A DNA stretch of 64,000 bases from Macrostomum lignano (lineage: Eukaryota): the NCBI GenBank assembly GCA_002269645.1, contig NIVC01002413.1, positions 62,001 through 126,000 on the forward strand, read 5' to 3'. The notes under the pieces are model-generated. The model saw only the letters and a list, made by a program, of their open reading frames with translations, was not told the DNA's origin and made no database searches. Made by a program: the position numbers and the translations under genes. Positions 12,993 through 26,389 of this stretch are shown in pieces (the first letter of the stretch is position 1; each line of letters starts with the position of its first letter).

Positions 12993-14169
12993 AACTATAA
13001 ATAAGGACTTTAGTGCTGGGTTTTTTCTAAGGTTGGAAATCCAGTTGCCAGCTAGCAAAGTTTGCTGTTAAGTTTGGTGTCATTTTTTATATTTTTATTT
13101 AGCATGAATATGAATATATTTGCATAATAAAAAACAAATGTTTTCATATAGTATCCTAGCTCTAGAGTTAGAACCATATATTAGAAAGTAGTAAAAGTAT
13201 GCATGTTTTTTAAAGTTCTATATATCAGCTTATACTACTCCTAAACTAACTTGAATAGTCTTAAATTGTAGAAAAGATATAGTTATATAAATTAAATATA
13301 TAGTTACTAAGCTTTGGGCAATATAAGACTTAGTTATATTTATCACTAATTTTATATTTAGGAATGTTCAAACTTTCTTGTATAGTAGGGTTAGGCCTAG
13401 TTTTAGTTCTAGGAGTTATCTAGATATAGAATAATTACATGGTATATTTATACTTTAGAATTTGAAAGCAAAATAAAAGCATTTGTTAATTTTACCTATA
13501 CATTGCCTTCAATTCTATATTCCATATACTAAAAATGAAAATCTTGCTTGTTTGCTTGTACAAAATCGATTTTCTCCTGAATGGCTGGACCGATTTTCTT
13601 CGAACTTGCACTGTTCGATCAGAAATTTGCCCGTGACAGTACATGCATCTTGGCTAAGAAATTGCTCGATGCTAAAGGGATTAAATATTCGAAAAACATG
13701 CTTTTTTGCAAAGGTCAAGCAGCTCTTTCGACTTGAAATGCATTGTAAGAATGCTAGAGAAAAAACTGACTGGTTGAATTCTGATTCTGAAATAGATTGC
13801 ATCATCACAATAGGCTTTTTATTTATCGTCTGTTTTGACACTCAATTGAATTGCGTCACAGCTTTGAGTGTGAAAGCATAGCGCAGTACTGAATTTATAT
13901 TACGTAACCATATTGTAAACTTTCATAGACACTGGTACTGACTTGCCTAAGAAATTGATTATGTCATAACTGCTTCGTGAGACTTTTTACTCTACCTGTT
14001 GAATTATATAAGTGGTACAACATCACTGATAACTTCGATGAGAGCTAGCCTAGAGCTGAACAGACCAGACTGCTAACGCAGCGACCTAGGTTCGAATCTA
14101 AGTAGTTTAAAAGTAGTAGTGTAAAATTTTTTATAAAAAGGTTTTATTAAAGGACTAAATAAAAACACT

Positions 14170-15335
14170 TAGATTACTGCACTCGATAAGCCAAGGATTA
14201 TTGCTACTAATAAACCAAGGACTACTGCACTCGATAAACCAAGGACTATTGCTATTAATAAACCAAGGATTACTGCACTCAAGAAGCCAAGGATTATTGC
14301 TATTAATAAACCAAGGATTACTGCACTTGGAAAACCAAGGATTACTGCACTCGATAAACCAAAGACTATTGCACTTGATAAACCAAGGATTATTGCACTT
14401 GATAGGCCAAGGATTACTGCGCTTGATAAACCAAGGATTATTGCACTTGATAAACCAAGGATTATTGCACTTGATAAACCAAGGATTATTGCACTTGATA
14501 AGCCAAGGATTACAGCGCTTGATAAGCCATGGATTATTGCACTTGATAGTAAAGAATGTTGCACTTGATAAGCCAAGGATTAATGCACTGGATTATTCAA
14601 TGATTATTGCTATTAATAAACCAAGGACTACTGCACTCGATAAGCCAAGGATTATTGCTCTTAATAAACCAAGGATTACTGCACTTGGAAAACTAAGGAT
14701 TACTGCACTCAATAAACCAAGGATTATTGCTCTTGGCAAACCAAGGATTACTGCACTTGATAAACCAAGGATTATTGCACTTGATAAGCCATGGATTACT
14801 GCGCTAGATAAACCAAGGATTATTGCACTTGATAAACCAAGGATTATTGCACTTAATAAACCAAGGATTATTGCACTTGATAAACCAAGGATTATTGCAC
14901 TTAATAAACCAAGGATTATTGCACTTGATAAGCCAAGGATTATTGCGCTAGATAAACCAAGGATTATTGCACTTGATAAACCAAGGATTATTGCACTTGA
15001 TAAGCCAAGGATTACTGCACTTGATAAGCCAAGGATTATTGCACTTGATAGGCCAAGGATTATTGCACCTGATAAGCCAAGGATTACTGCGCTAGATAAA
15101 CCAAGGATTATTGCACTCGATAAACCAAGGATTATTGCACTTAATAAACCAAGGATTATTGCACCTGATAAGCCAAGGATTACTGCGCTAGATAAACCAA
15201 GGATTATTGCACTCGATAAACCAAGGATTATTGCACTTAATAAACCAAGGATTATTGCACTTGATAAACCAAGGATTATTGCACTTGATTAATCAAGGAT
15301 TATTGCTATTAATAAACCAAGGATTATTGCACTAG
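14170..15335. repeat. 24-bp minisatellite GATAAACCAAGGATTATTGCACTT
   Basis: Tandem copies. They explain the spurious DKPRIIAL ORF. Confidence 0.95.
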
Positions 15336-15469
15336 CTGAGAAGCTGATTACTGCGCTGTCTAAAAAACAGATTATTGCGCTCGCTGAGACGTGGATTGTT
15401 GCACAACCTGAGAAAGCGATTATTGCATTAGCGGAAGTAACATTTGCACTAGCTACTTGCTGTCTCGTG

Positions 15470-15890
15470 GATGCTTGCTCTCAAGGGGGGATACTTGCTA
15501 TTTGGGAGAGGGGGTACTGGCTACATGCATGGGATTCTTTCTATCCAGGGATGCTTGCTATTCAGGGATTCTTGCTATCTGCAAGATGCTTGCTATTTAG
15601 GGATTCTTGCTATCTGCAGGATGCTTGCTATCTGGGTGGATGCTTCTATAATATCTGGGGGGTGCTTGCTATCTGCAGGATGCTTCTATAATATCTGGGG
15701 GGTGCTTGCTATCTGCAGAATGCTTGCTATCTGGGTGGATGCTTCTATAATATCTGGGGGGTGCTTGCTAATCTGCAGATGCTTGCTATCTGTGGTGATT
15801 CTTGCTATGAGCATTAGAGGATGCTTGCTATCTGCGATTGTTCACTTTTGGAGGGGGTTGCTTGCTGTCTTGGGAATATTTTCTATTTAG
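15470..15890. repeat. GGATGCTTGCTATCTG-family minisatellite (reverse complement of the array at 35470-36290)
   Basis: Read directly. Confidence 0.85.
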
Positions 15891-17704
15891 GGAAACAATA
15901 TTTTGTTGACTGTTTGTTAACTTTAGAGAAAAAGTGATTTTTTAATTTTGCAAACATCTTAGTCCGTGACAATTTTACACGAATAAGGTGATTTTTAAAA
16001 TGTGAAGAAGGAATTAGTGTTTAAGAAAATGTGTTTTTTTATTGTTTTCCATGAACTATTCTTGCTCCTTTCTTATTGGGCGCCCCGAAGGGGGGCCGCA
16101 CTAGATTGCTTATTAAACTAATTATTTAATGAGGCATTTTACACTATAAATATAACTACATGTTACTCTTGTTTTATACCTATAGGGCTTAAGTTTAAGC
16201 TCAAATTTCATCAAGAGTGACAGCATTTTAGATTTCAAGACTTTCTATTTAATTTGTCTTGTATCTATGAAAAAAGGTCACAACATTTTTTGTAACAAAA
16301 AATTGACTCACTTAACTAAAATCTAGTCTATGCTTTTTATTAAGTTTATCTTTTGCATGCTTTTATATAGACTAGACCCTATATAGGGTCCTATATAGGC
16401 TGTAATATATTGTAGCCAAGGTCTAAACTGTGCCAGTGTACCAGACTGCCTGTACTACTAGGAGCCAATCTGCACTAGATACTATCTGCAATAATGGCCA
16501 TTAGTTGCAATCCTTTGCCTACACTTTTGTCTTACAATCTCCTTTCATTATAGAATATACTTAGTTTCCATTGAAGGGATTATGCAATGAAACCAAAACA
16601 TAGACTTCATGTCTAAAGATACCAAAGATACCAAACCAAAACATATAGACTTCATGTCTCCAATCTAATACCTGCTTTCTGTCTGGTTAGTTTTTTGCAT
16701 ATTTTAGTTCACAATTAAACTATGTTCAATTTATTTACTTTCATGCTATAATCCTCTACATTTAAATTTGTCATTGTTGTGATCATAAGATAAAAGATAG
16801 GCTTTATGTCTGCCTTCTTTAATTCTAAATGGATCTTTTGTTTTGTTTTACTTTGACATATATTTAAAATTGGAAATAAATTCAAATTAAGATTTAAAAA
16901 TAAAAAGGGTGAAATTTTAGGTTTTGTTTAAATATAAAAAATTGCTATATTATAGTTTGTTTCTTTTTTAAAGTTGCCACACTATAATATGCTGCTTATC
17001 TTCCAGTTTCTTGATTTGCTATTACCTTTGCTTTGTGTTCTGCATTATTTTTTTCTAACAGACTGTCTGTCGTTTTTTATTTATAATTGCTTATCATTGG
17101 CAGTAGTAACAAAAATTATAAGTTATAAGTTAAGTTACTTTGAAATAAATCTTAAATTTAGGATCAGCACCTCAAAAACACTTAAAATTATGGCATTATA
17201 AAAATTATAACCACAATATTGTGTTGACTTGAATATGTCTGGCCTACCATATAGACAATAGTTGATATGCTTTAAATTTAAAATATACCCATAGGCTTCA
17301 TTGTTTTGGCTAGAAATTATATATTTTAATGTATATTTATAACTTTATATATTGGAAGTTAAGGTTTAGCCTTTAAAGCACTAAGGCTATGCCTCCTTAT
17401 AGATAGCTTATTAGGTGATAATCATTAGAAAAAATTGTACAAAAGTTACTGGCTTTGGAGCTAATCTCAAATATTTAAGATTTAAGATTTAGTTTGCAAG
17501 ATAAAGCAAAAAATATTAATATATGCAAAACTGAAACTTGTTGACAGTTCTTATTTCAAGTAGGTTAGTGCCATAATGCTTTTAATCTAGTTAATTTGCA
17601 TGGAGCTTTTGGCATTAGGTTTGTTCTAATAGACATAGAATGTTCTAAATGACTCATTATCACACAATTACCACAATTGCATGTTGGTTTAGCTTCATTT
17701 TCAA

Positions 17705-18787
17705 ATGAGCGACGAAACTGGCAGTGACTCATCGCTACCGCTGTCGCTATCTGCAATGGACACTAATAATGCTACTAATAGTAATACTACTAGTGCTGCC
17801 GCTGTTGCCGCCGTAGCCGCCGCTGTGGCCGCAGACATTGATGCCGATGATGCCGCAGCCGCTGCTGCAGCCACCGCTGCCGCTTTGCACGCCCTTGACG
17901 ACCACGACGAGCCGCCGAGGCTGATGCAGCAGCGCGGCTATCAACAGCAGCAGCAACAAGACGATGACGAGGATGAACTGTTGGAACTGACCGACTCCAA
18001 TCAGATGGCGCTGTCGCTTGACGATCAGGATGAACCGGCTGGCATGGCAACTGGAGAATCAACTAAACAGAAGCAGGTTCAATCTTCATCTGTGCCGTCT
18101 CTAATGGACCTGATTGTGACGCCTAGCGGCGCTCGCAAGCGTATGGGCGTTGGCGGTATTCGGCCTCTGTTATTGCAGCCCGAAACTGTGGACGCTGCGT
18201 CGGCTTATCGACCTGTGGCTAAAAAAGTCTGCGGTATTAATAATCGAGTAATGATGAGAACGGCGGAACATGATGATGGAGAAGTGGGCGCTACTAACGC
18301 TAGCGTTAGTGATAGGGAGGCCCCGGCCAGTGGCCAGATCCCCTCTCTATTGGAGCTGGACTGCAGCAACCGCGGCACTGGCGGCATCCCGTCACTCCTG
18401 GACGGCTGGTACGACAGCGAAGACGATTGGTCTTATTATCATAACCAGTCTGACGGCTACGGTAATTATTATCAATTCGAAGCGGACTATTACGGCGGCT
18501 ACGGCGCTAATTATCAGCAGCCTCAGAGATTCGATTTCAGACAACAGCAGCAGCAGCAGCCGCAGTCTCTACTGTGGGGTATCGCGTCTTCTGACTACGC
18601 CTCTTGGCCCGCTGGCGGACTTCTTGGTTACCCAGTCGGTGGCGGTGGCGGCGGCAGCGTCGGTCGCGGAGGTCGGCGCGGTTGGCGAAATCCTAAGCCA
18701 GCTGCTGAAGCTGAGGGCGGCAATAGCGGCAGCAAGGTGCCATCGCTAATGCCGACTGGACCGCCTAGCCTGCTAGATTTTATGTAA
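17705..18787 (+). CDS. Orphan low-complexity protein, 360 aa, with five PSL[LM] motifs
   Basis: ATG-to-TAA single ORF, a GC-rich island in AT-rich DNA, with poly-A/Q/G codon runs like the neighbouring true exons. No recognisable domain. Confidence 0.6.
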   Translation: MSDETGSDSSLPLSLSAMDTNNATNSNTTSAAAVAAVAAAVAADIDADDAAAAAAATAAALHALDDHDEPPRLMQQRGYQQQQQQDDDEDELLELTDSNQMALSLDDQDEPAGMATGESTKQKQVQSSSVPSLMDLIVTPSGARKRMGVGGIRPLLLQPETVDAASAYRPVAKKVCGINNRVMMRTAEHDDGEVGATNASVSDREAPASGQIPSLLELDCSNRGTGGIPSLLDGWYDSEDDWSYYHNQSDGYGNYYQFEADYYGGYGANYQQPQRFDFRQQQQQQPQSLLWGIASSDYASWPAGGLLGYPVGGGGGGSVGRGGRRGWRNPKPAAEAEGGNSGSKVPSLMPTGPPSLLDFM

Positions 18788-19294
18788 ACCGAATAAGTTC
18801 CGGATAGTCGCGCGAAAAGAAAGCAGATGGGATTCTGAGCCCCATTTTTTTGCACTTTAAAACAACTCCCATCTACAGTTCCGCCACAGACTCCCCGTTT
18901 CCCCGATTTGACAAACCTGTTTTGTTATTAACTCGCTAATCACCTTGCTAATCCTCACCTGGCTGACTGACTGAGACCCCCGAGTCGCGTGTTCGGCACC
19001 TTTTCTGCTATTAATATTTATCTATCTATATTTATTCAAAAGCCACCGCCCACAAATTAATTCATAAGCAGCCTCTCTCGTTTCTAGTGTGCCCTCCACT
19101 CTCTATCGGCTGCCCTTTCCGCTCAATCTCTGATGATTTTTGCTGTTTTTTTGTTTTTAAATTGTTCCATTCACGCGCGCTATAGTTGTGTCTGCTTTGG
19201 CTAACTGCTGATAGGCAGGGTAAATAAATATTTACACATTCATAGATAGATCTGTTTGTCCAAGGGAGACAGACTAATTTTCTATTATAACTGG

Positions 19295-19312
19295 ATAGAT
19301 AGATAGACAGAC

Positions 19313-19346
<34 letters not shown>

Positions 19347-19379
19347 GTAGATAGACAGATAGATAGATGGATAGATCAG

Positions 19380-19427
<48 letters not shown>

Positions 19428-19644
19428 TAGATAGATAGATAGATAGATAGATAAGTAGATAGACAGATAGATAGATAAGTAGATAGACAGATAGATAAGT
19501 AGATAGACAGATAGATAGATAAGTAGATAGACAGATAGATAAGTAGATAGACAGATAGATAGATAGGTAGACGGATAGACAGATAGATAGATCAGTAGAT
19601 AGATAGATAGATAAGTAGATAGACAGATAGATAAGTAGATAGAC

Positions 19645-19675
<31 letters not shown>

Positions 19676-19680
19676 CAGAC

Positions 19681-19714
<34 letters not shown>

Positions 19715-19747
19715 GTAGATAGACAGATAGATAGATGGATAGATCAG

Positions 19748-19783
<36 letters not shown>

Positions 19784-19788
19784 CAGAC

Positions 19789-19830
<42 letters not shown>

Positions 19831-20020
19831 GTAGATAGACAGATAGATAGATAAGTAGATAGACAGATAGATAAGTAGATAGACAGATAGATAGATAAGT
19901 AGATAGACAGATAGATAAGTAGATAGACAGATAGATAGATAGGTAGACGGATAGACAGATAGATAGATCAGTAGATAGATAGATAGATAAGTAGATAGAC
20001 AGATAGATAAGTAGATAGAC

Positions 20021-20055
<35 letters not shown>

Positions 20056-20060
20056 CAGAC

Positions 20061-20098
<38 letters not shown>

Positions 20099-20131
20099 GT
20101 AGATAGACAGATAGATAGATGGATAGATCAG

Positions 20132-20163
<32 letters not shown>

Positions 20164-20168
20164 CAGAC

Positions 20169-20218
<50 letters not shown>

Positions 20219-20410
20219 GTAGATAGACAGATAGATAGATAAGTAGATAGACAGATAGATAAGTAGATAGACAGATAGATAGATAGGTAGACGGATAGAC
20301 AGATAGATAGATCAGTAGATAGATAGATAGATAAGTAGATAGACAGATAGATAAGTAGATAGACAGATAGATAGATAGGTAGACGGACAGATAAACAGAT
20401 AAATCGATAG
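19295..20410. repeat. (GATA/GACA)n microsatellite with internal block duplications
   Basis: Read directly. The marker GGTAGACGGATAGACAG recurs near 19565, 19941 and 20285. Confidence 0.95.
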
Positions 20411-21144
20411 GACAGATAGCCAGGCAAAAGGCAATACGTGTCTGCTGCATTCATACTTCGCATTATTTTGCATATTAATATTTGTTTCTTCTTCGTTTTC
20501 CTTGTTTGTTTGTTGCTATTCTTTTTCACAAACTTTCCTTTCTGCAGCTCCCAACATTATAATTGTATGTCTACTTCGCTCCAGTTTTTATGTTAATGCC
20601 CGCTCCTTGCTACTATACATAAACGTTAGTAAGTAGTATACATACTAGATTCCTGGTAATCTAAACACCCAGTAGATCTACAGTCGATCCACTGCCAGTC
20701 CCTGCCCTATTTTTCTGCTCTCACCGCTTCACCCATTGTATTTGTTATTGTTATAATAGTACATCTTAATAGTGCATCCTCTTCAAGTACCCCGTGTACT
20801 TACTGTGTACTGTTACGGCTTTGCCTCTGCGGTTCAGTGTTCTCAATCGCCCATTATTATTATAAATAAGGCTTGTTGCTCCGTCTGCTCCCTATATTAT
20901 TCAGTTCAATCCCCTTTTATGACTTTGTCGCTAAAAATCTAATTGGTAAAACAGGGCAACGTAGGCCCGTCTATTTAACCTAAAATATATACGAGACTAT
21001 TCCGCATCTTCAATTTGAAAATAAAAACGGTAAAACCCCTATTAAACGATTACTATTATTATTATTATTGTACTGCGTTTGGTTTTAACTTTTTCTTCTC
21101 TGCCTTTTGTCTGCTTTGTTCTTAACTTCTGGTCATCTGTTACA

Positions 21145-21492
21145 TCGATTGATAGATCAATAGATAGATAGACAGATGCATGGATAGATAGGTAGATAGA
21201 TAGATAAATAGATAGATAGCTAGCTAGATAGATAGATACATGAATAGATGCATGGATAGATAGATAGATAGATAGATAGATAGGTACCTGGTAGGTAGAT
21301 AGATAGATAGTTAGATAGATAGATAGATAGTTAGATAGATAGATAGATAGATAGATAGATATATAGCTAGGTAGATAGATAGATAGGTAGATAGATAGAT
21401 AGCTAGGTAGATAGATAGATAGATAGCTAGCTAGGTAAATAGATGCATGGATAGATAGGTAGATAGATAGATAAATAGATAGATAGATAGAC

Positions 21493-21523
<31 letters not shown>

Positions 21524-21545
21524 AGATAGATAGGTAGGCAGATAG
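21145..21545. repeat. (GATA)n microsatellite
   Basis: Read directly. Confidence 0.95.
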
Positions 21546-21650
21546 ACATGTTTCATAGACAGAATAGAAATAGCAGGCGTATTATTTGATTAAGCTACTA
21601 ACAGTAGTTTTCAATTGCAAAGCAACTCCCCCGTAACCCCAACTGATGAC

Positions 21651-24600
21651 ATGACAGAGCGTGAAAAATGGTCCTGCCCTGTGTGCACCTACGCCAACTG
21701 GCCCGCGTCCCGTCACTGCGTCTGCTGCCGCACTAAAAAGTGCTTAGTAGGCGTTTCCAATAGCAACAGCGGCGGCAACAACAGTCGGGCTCCGACTGCG
21801 ACGACGAAAACTGCGAATTCAAAAACCAATTCGACAACGTTGTCGACGTCAGCCGCCGAGCAGAGCGAAGCTGACGGCGAAAATGACGACGATGACAATG
21901 AAGAAGACGATGACGGTTGCCATGGCAACCGGACAGGCGACGAGGACGAAGAGGAAGAAGAAGAAGACATCTACAAACTGGCCGCCGGTCGCAGTCGTCG
22001 ACGTAGCAGACAGAAACAGCGCCAGCGTCAGAGTCGGCGCCGCATTCTGCCCGACGATGCCGTCATTGCCGATGAATCGACGACGACGACGGCTGCGTCG
22101 ATGTCGAGAACGACGCCGGCGGCAGGCGGGGCTAGAACGTCGCCGCCGATCAGGCCGCCCGGCTCGCCGTCGGAGCTGAAGTGGTCCTGTCCGGCTTGCA
22201 CCTTCTTGAACTGGCCGCGGTCCCACCGGTGCGTCCAGTGCTACACCGAGAACTCCAACCCGCCTCCGAGCTCAGCGTCGCCGCCGCCGGCAGCTCCTCC
22301 ATCGGCTACGTCGTCTTCGTCGCCGGATCCTTCGGCAGCGTCCCTAGCAACCGGCGTTGCGCCGCCTAATCAAAATCAGTCTACAAATCCATTTGGCAAA
22401 TGGGCTTGCAAGATTTGCACGTACGAGAATTGGCCTAACACGGCTAAATGTGCCATGTGCGAGCGGAGACGCTCGGAGAGTCCGCCTGCAGAGGGCGCCA
22501 CCGGCGGAGGGGGCGGCGGCGTCGGTGTCGGCGGCAGTTCGTCGGTGATCTGCGGCGGTCGGCAGTCGCCTAATCACGATCACGACTTTCTGTGGCTGTG
22601 CGCCTGTCTAGCGGCAGTTGACGGCGACTCTGGCCCTGTGGAGGCTTACATCAACGCTCCTGGGGCTTCGATTGCTAGGAGATTAACTAAAGCCGAGGCT
22701 GCTCAGTTGAACCGCTATCGCGGCAATGCTGTCTTTGCGCCTAACATGAGCTTATCATCCTTGTTAGTGAGATACAGCGCCTCTCAGGAACAGCTCATGT
22801 CTCTGCTTGTGCAGGCGGTGCATCTCAGGTTTGTGGATTAAGAATCCACCCTAAACTAGCACATCTACCAAGAATCTACCCTAAACTAGCACAACTACCA
22901 AGAATCTCCCCTAAACTAGCACAACTACCAAGAATCTACCCTAAACTAGCACACCTACCGAGAATCTACCCTAAACTAGCACAACTACCAAGAATCTACC
23001 CTAAACTAGCACCCCTACCAGGAATCTACTCTAAACTAGCACATCTACCAAGAATCCACCAAAAGCTAGCATCTGGGACAAAGAATCTGCCCTAAACTAG
23101 CACATCTACCAAGAATCTACCCTAAACTAGCACATCTACCAAGAATCTACCCTAAACTAGCACCCCTACCAGGAATCTACTCTAAACTAGCACATCTACC
23201 AAGAATCCACCAAAAGCTAGCATCTGGGACAGAGAATCTGCCCTAAACTAGCACATCTACCAAGAATCTGCCCTAAACTAGCACACCTACCAAGAATCTA
23301 CCCTAAACTAGCACAACTACCAAGAATCTACCCTAAACTAGCACACCTACCAAGAATCTACCCTAAACTAGCACACCTACCAAGAATCTACCCTAAACTA
23401 GCACACCTACCAAGAATCTACCCTAAACTAGCACATCTACCAAGAGTATACCCTAAACTAGCACACCTACCAAGAATCTACCCTAAACTAGCACACCTAC
23501 CAAGAGTATACCCTAAACTAGCACACCTACCAAGAATCTACCCTAAACTAGCACACCTACCAAGAGTATACCCTAAACTAGCACACCTACCAAGAATCTA
23601 CCCTAAACTAGCACACCTACCAAGAATCTACCCTAAACTAGCACACCTACCAAGAATCTACCCTAAACTAGCACACCTACCAAGAATCTACTCTAAACTA
23701 GCACACCTACCAGGAATCTACCCTAAACTAGCACATCTACCAAGAATCTACCCTAAACTAGCACCCCTACCAGGAATCTACTCTAAACTAGCACATCTAC
23801 CAAGAATCCACCAAAAGCTAGCATCTGGGACAAAGAATCTGCCCTAAACTCTGGAGTAGAGATTATTTCCCACCGGTAAACTGGCTTATAGGAAAGTAAA
23901 ATCTACTCTAACCTACCTAACTACATGTCGGTATATTCTTAAACAAAATTACCCTATCCCACACTACAGGTCGCACACGAAGCGACTACCCTGCCAGGTG
24001 TCGCCAGAGACTGCGCTCGACATACGTCGCCACGTTGTTGGCAGCCTGCGTCAACGCAAAGGCCCCCTGCCCTGCTTCTACGTAAACGATCACAGCCTGT
24101 TCTATCTGCCCGCCAGTCTGGGCTATCACGAGCTGCCGCAGCACGTGCAAGATCAGCTAATGAGCGATGTAGTCGATTCCGCTGTGCAGAAAGGTTCGCT
24201 ATTAATTATTCGATCTGTATTTTTGATACATATCGGTAGACTGTGTTTAGTTTTTTGTCGTTTTTCATTCCAAGGAAGTTTAATGTTCATAATTGGTCCT
24301 GTGTTCGTTGGTCAATGTAGGTTTGTCGGTTTCGATAGGTTTTAGGTAGGACAGGTTTTAAATTTTGAGAGGATAATAAGTTATTCAATTTTTGATACAT
24401 ATCGGTGGGATCAATGTAGGATCGGCTTTGAATATTGTGAAGACAATAGTTAATTCTATTTTCGATACATATCGGTAGTCATTGTAGGATCGGCTTTGAA
24501 TATTGTAAAGACAATAGTTAATTCTATTTTCGATACATATCGATAGGGTCAATATAGGATCGGATTTGAATATTTTGAAGATAATGCTTTTTTATTTTCG

Positions 24601-26184
24601 ATACATATCAGTAGGGTCAATGTGAAACCAACCAAATATTGTAAAGATCATATATAATTTATTCTATTTTCAATACATATCGGCGCCACTATAATTATTG
24701 ATAACAGAACTGGAATCGGTTGGCGCCGTCAACTGGTGGCCAGCCGACAGCGGCGCCTTTCGAATGTGGGCGCTGTGGAACCGGACAGCAGGGGACTGCC
24801 TGCTGGACAGCGTCCTGCAAGCCAGCTGGGGCATCCTGGACGAGGACAACAGCATGCGCCGGGCTCTGTCCGAGTCGCTGCACGACTGCGAGGACGCTTT
24901 CTACAGTCGCTGGCGCGACTACGAAGAGCAACAGCTGGCCACCTCGTTGCTCTGCTATTCGTTGAGCGAAGCGCAATGGCGTCGCGACTGGGAGGCTTTG
25001 CTTCGCCGGGCCAGGATGCCTGGCGAGTCCCTTGAGCAAATTCACGTATTCGCTCTGTGCCACGTGCTTCGCCGACCAATTATTATTTTGGGAGTGAGGA
25101 TTATCTGCAATTATCGAGACGAGCCCATTGCCTATTCAAACTTTCAGGTTTGTACTCTCTTTTCGATACATATCGTCGAAGATTCATAGCTGATTTAATA
25201 GTATTGTTTCGATACATATCGGTGTAGGTTCATAGCTGAATTAATAGTATTGTTTCGATACATATCGGTGTAGGTTCATAGCTGAATTAATAGTATTGTT
25301 TCGTTACATATCGGTGTAGGTTTATGGATGACAATAATATTATTTCGATACATATCGGCTTAAGTTTATCGATGATTTCAAATGTTGTTTCGATACATAT
25401 CGGTTTAAGCTTATAGATTAATCAATAATATTTTTTCGGTACATATCGAGAAGGGTTTAAACAAAACCAAAAACATTCCTCTCAGGGTGTCTACCTGCCG
25501 TTGCTATGGGAACGCGCATTCTGCTCCCGGAATCCGTTGTGCCTGGCCTACACTAAGAATCATTTCTCAGCTTTGATGCCGTTGCAATCGCCGTCGCGTA
25601 GGCCGGATATTGTCGGCCTGAGCGGCGGGAACGCCTACGGCCTGTTGCCGTTGTGCGATCGGTACGGCGTCCGCCTACCTGTGCACTTTCTAGCCGCCGA
25701 CGAGGCCAATAGGCGAGAGTCTCTCCTAGCCGACTGGCTCGACTGCGTCAGGTGCGGAGTCGGCGGCCAGCAGCTGATGTGCCGCGTCAGGCTGGGCTGC
25801 GGCCGGCCGCACCCGCTGGTGCACCAGCTGCTGTGCCAATGGCTGGATCACTACCGCCTGTCAGCCGCCGCCGCCGACAATGACAACCTGGACAACAATA
25901 ACAGCGGTAGCAATAATCATACTGAAGACTTTGTTGATAGTCGCGACGAAGATGAACGAGTGCCGTGCAACTCGCCGGAGTTGATCTCATCGTCAACTTC
26001 GTCGAATTCTTCGACTCGATCATCGTCGTCAACTTCGTTGTACGATCAGCAACAAGAGAAGCTGGCCAGTGACAATACGGTTGGAAATGCTACTCACGCT
26101 ACTACCAGTAGTAGTAATGTTGGCATTGAAGAGGCTGAACTCACTTCCAGTGTCGCGGCTCCATCTTCTGCCGAATTCAAGTAG
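21651..26184 (+). CDS. ZRANB1: OTU deubiquitinase TRABID/ZRANB1, ~846 aa; exons 21651-22828, 23970-24193, 24708-25147, 25486-26184
   Basis: Three NZF fingers (W.C..CT[YF].NW....C..C), the AnkUBD (FLWLCACLAAVDGD..VEAY), and the OTU motifs ALWNRTAGDCLLDS and AYTKNHFSAL. Splice phases 2, 1, 0 are consistent. Confidence 0.95.
22841..23850. repeat. 30-bp minisatellite AAGAATCTACCCTAAACTAGCACACCTACC (TRABID intron 1)
   Basis: Tandem copies. Confidence 0.95.
24395..25450. repeat. TTTCGATACATATCGG-core repeats in TRABID introns 2 (24395-24620) and 3 (25160-25450)
   Basis: The same core recurs on both sides of exon 3. Confidence 0.8.
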
Positions 26185-26389
26185 CGACAAGTTGAACTTT
26201 AAATATATTGGAATTTTTTAAATTGCCAACTGAAAGTAGATTCTGCGAGACTAGCTTTAAAGGTGCGTGAAGGTTAATCTGGTTACATTCATTTTAGATA
26301 AATACTGGCTTCCATTTAGTTTAGTTTGTAGAGTAGTTTTACATTATTGGACTCGTGTTCATTTTTACTGATGCAAATCGTAATACTGC

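Larger units (their letters stand above)
13521..16104 (+). mobile_element. Non-autonomous Helitron (Lep1/DINE-like architecture), older copy
   Basis: 5' TCCATATACTAAAAATG, a short microsatellite, and a GGCTGGACCGATTT core shared with 50811ff. Central minisatellites follow, then a 3' hairpin GCCCCGAAGGGGG(G)C and CTAG (16101-16104). Confidence 0.65.

Noticed and set aside
13483-13881. Protein-coding gene shared with 50837-51121 and 56556-56909
   Set aside because: This is the conserved non-coding core of the Helitron family. ORF ends differ between copies and there is no Rep/helicase motif.
14201-15292. 363-aa DKPRIIAL repeat protein
   Set aside because: Translation of a 24-bp minisatellite with no start context or unique domain.
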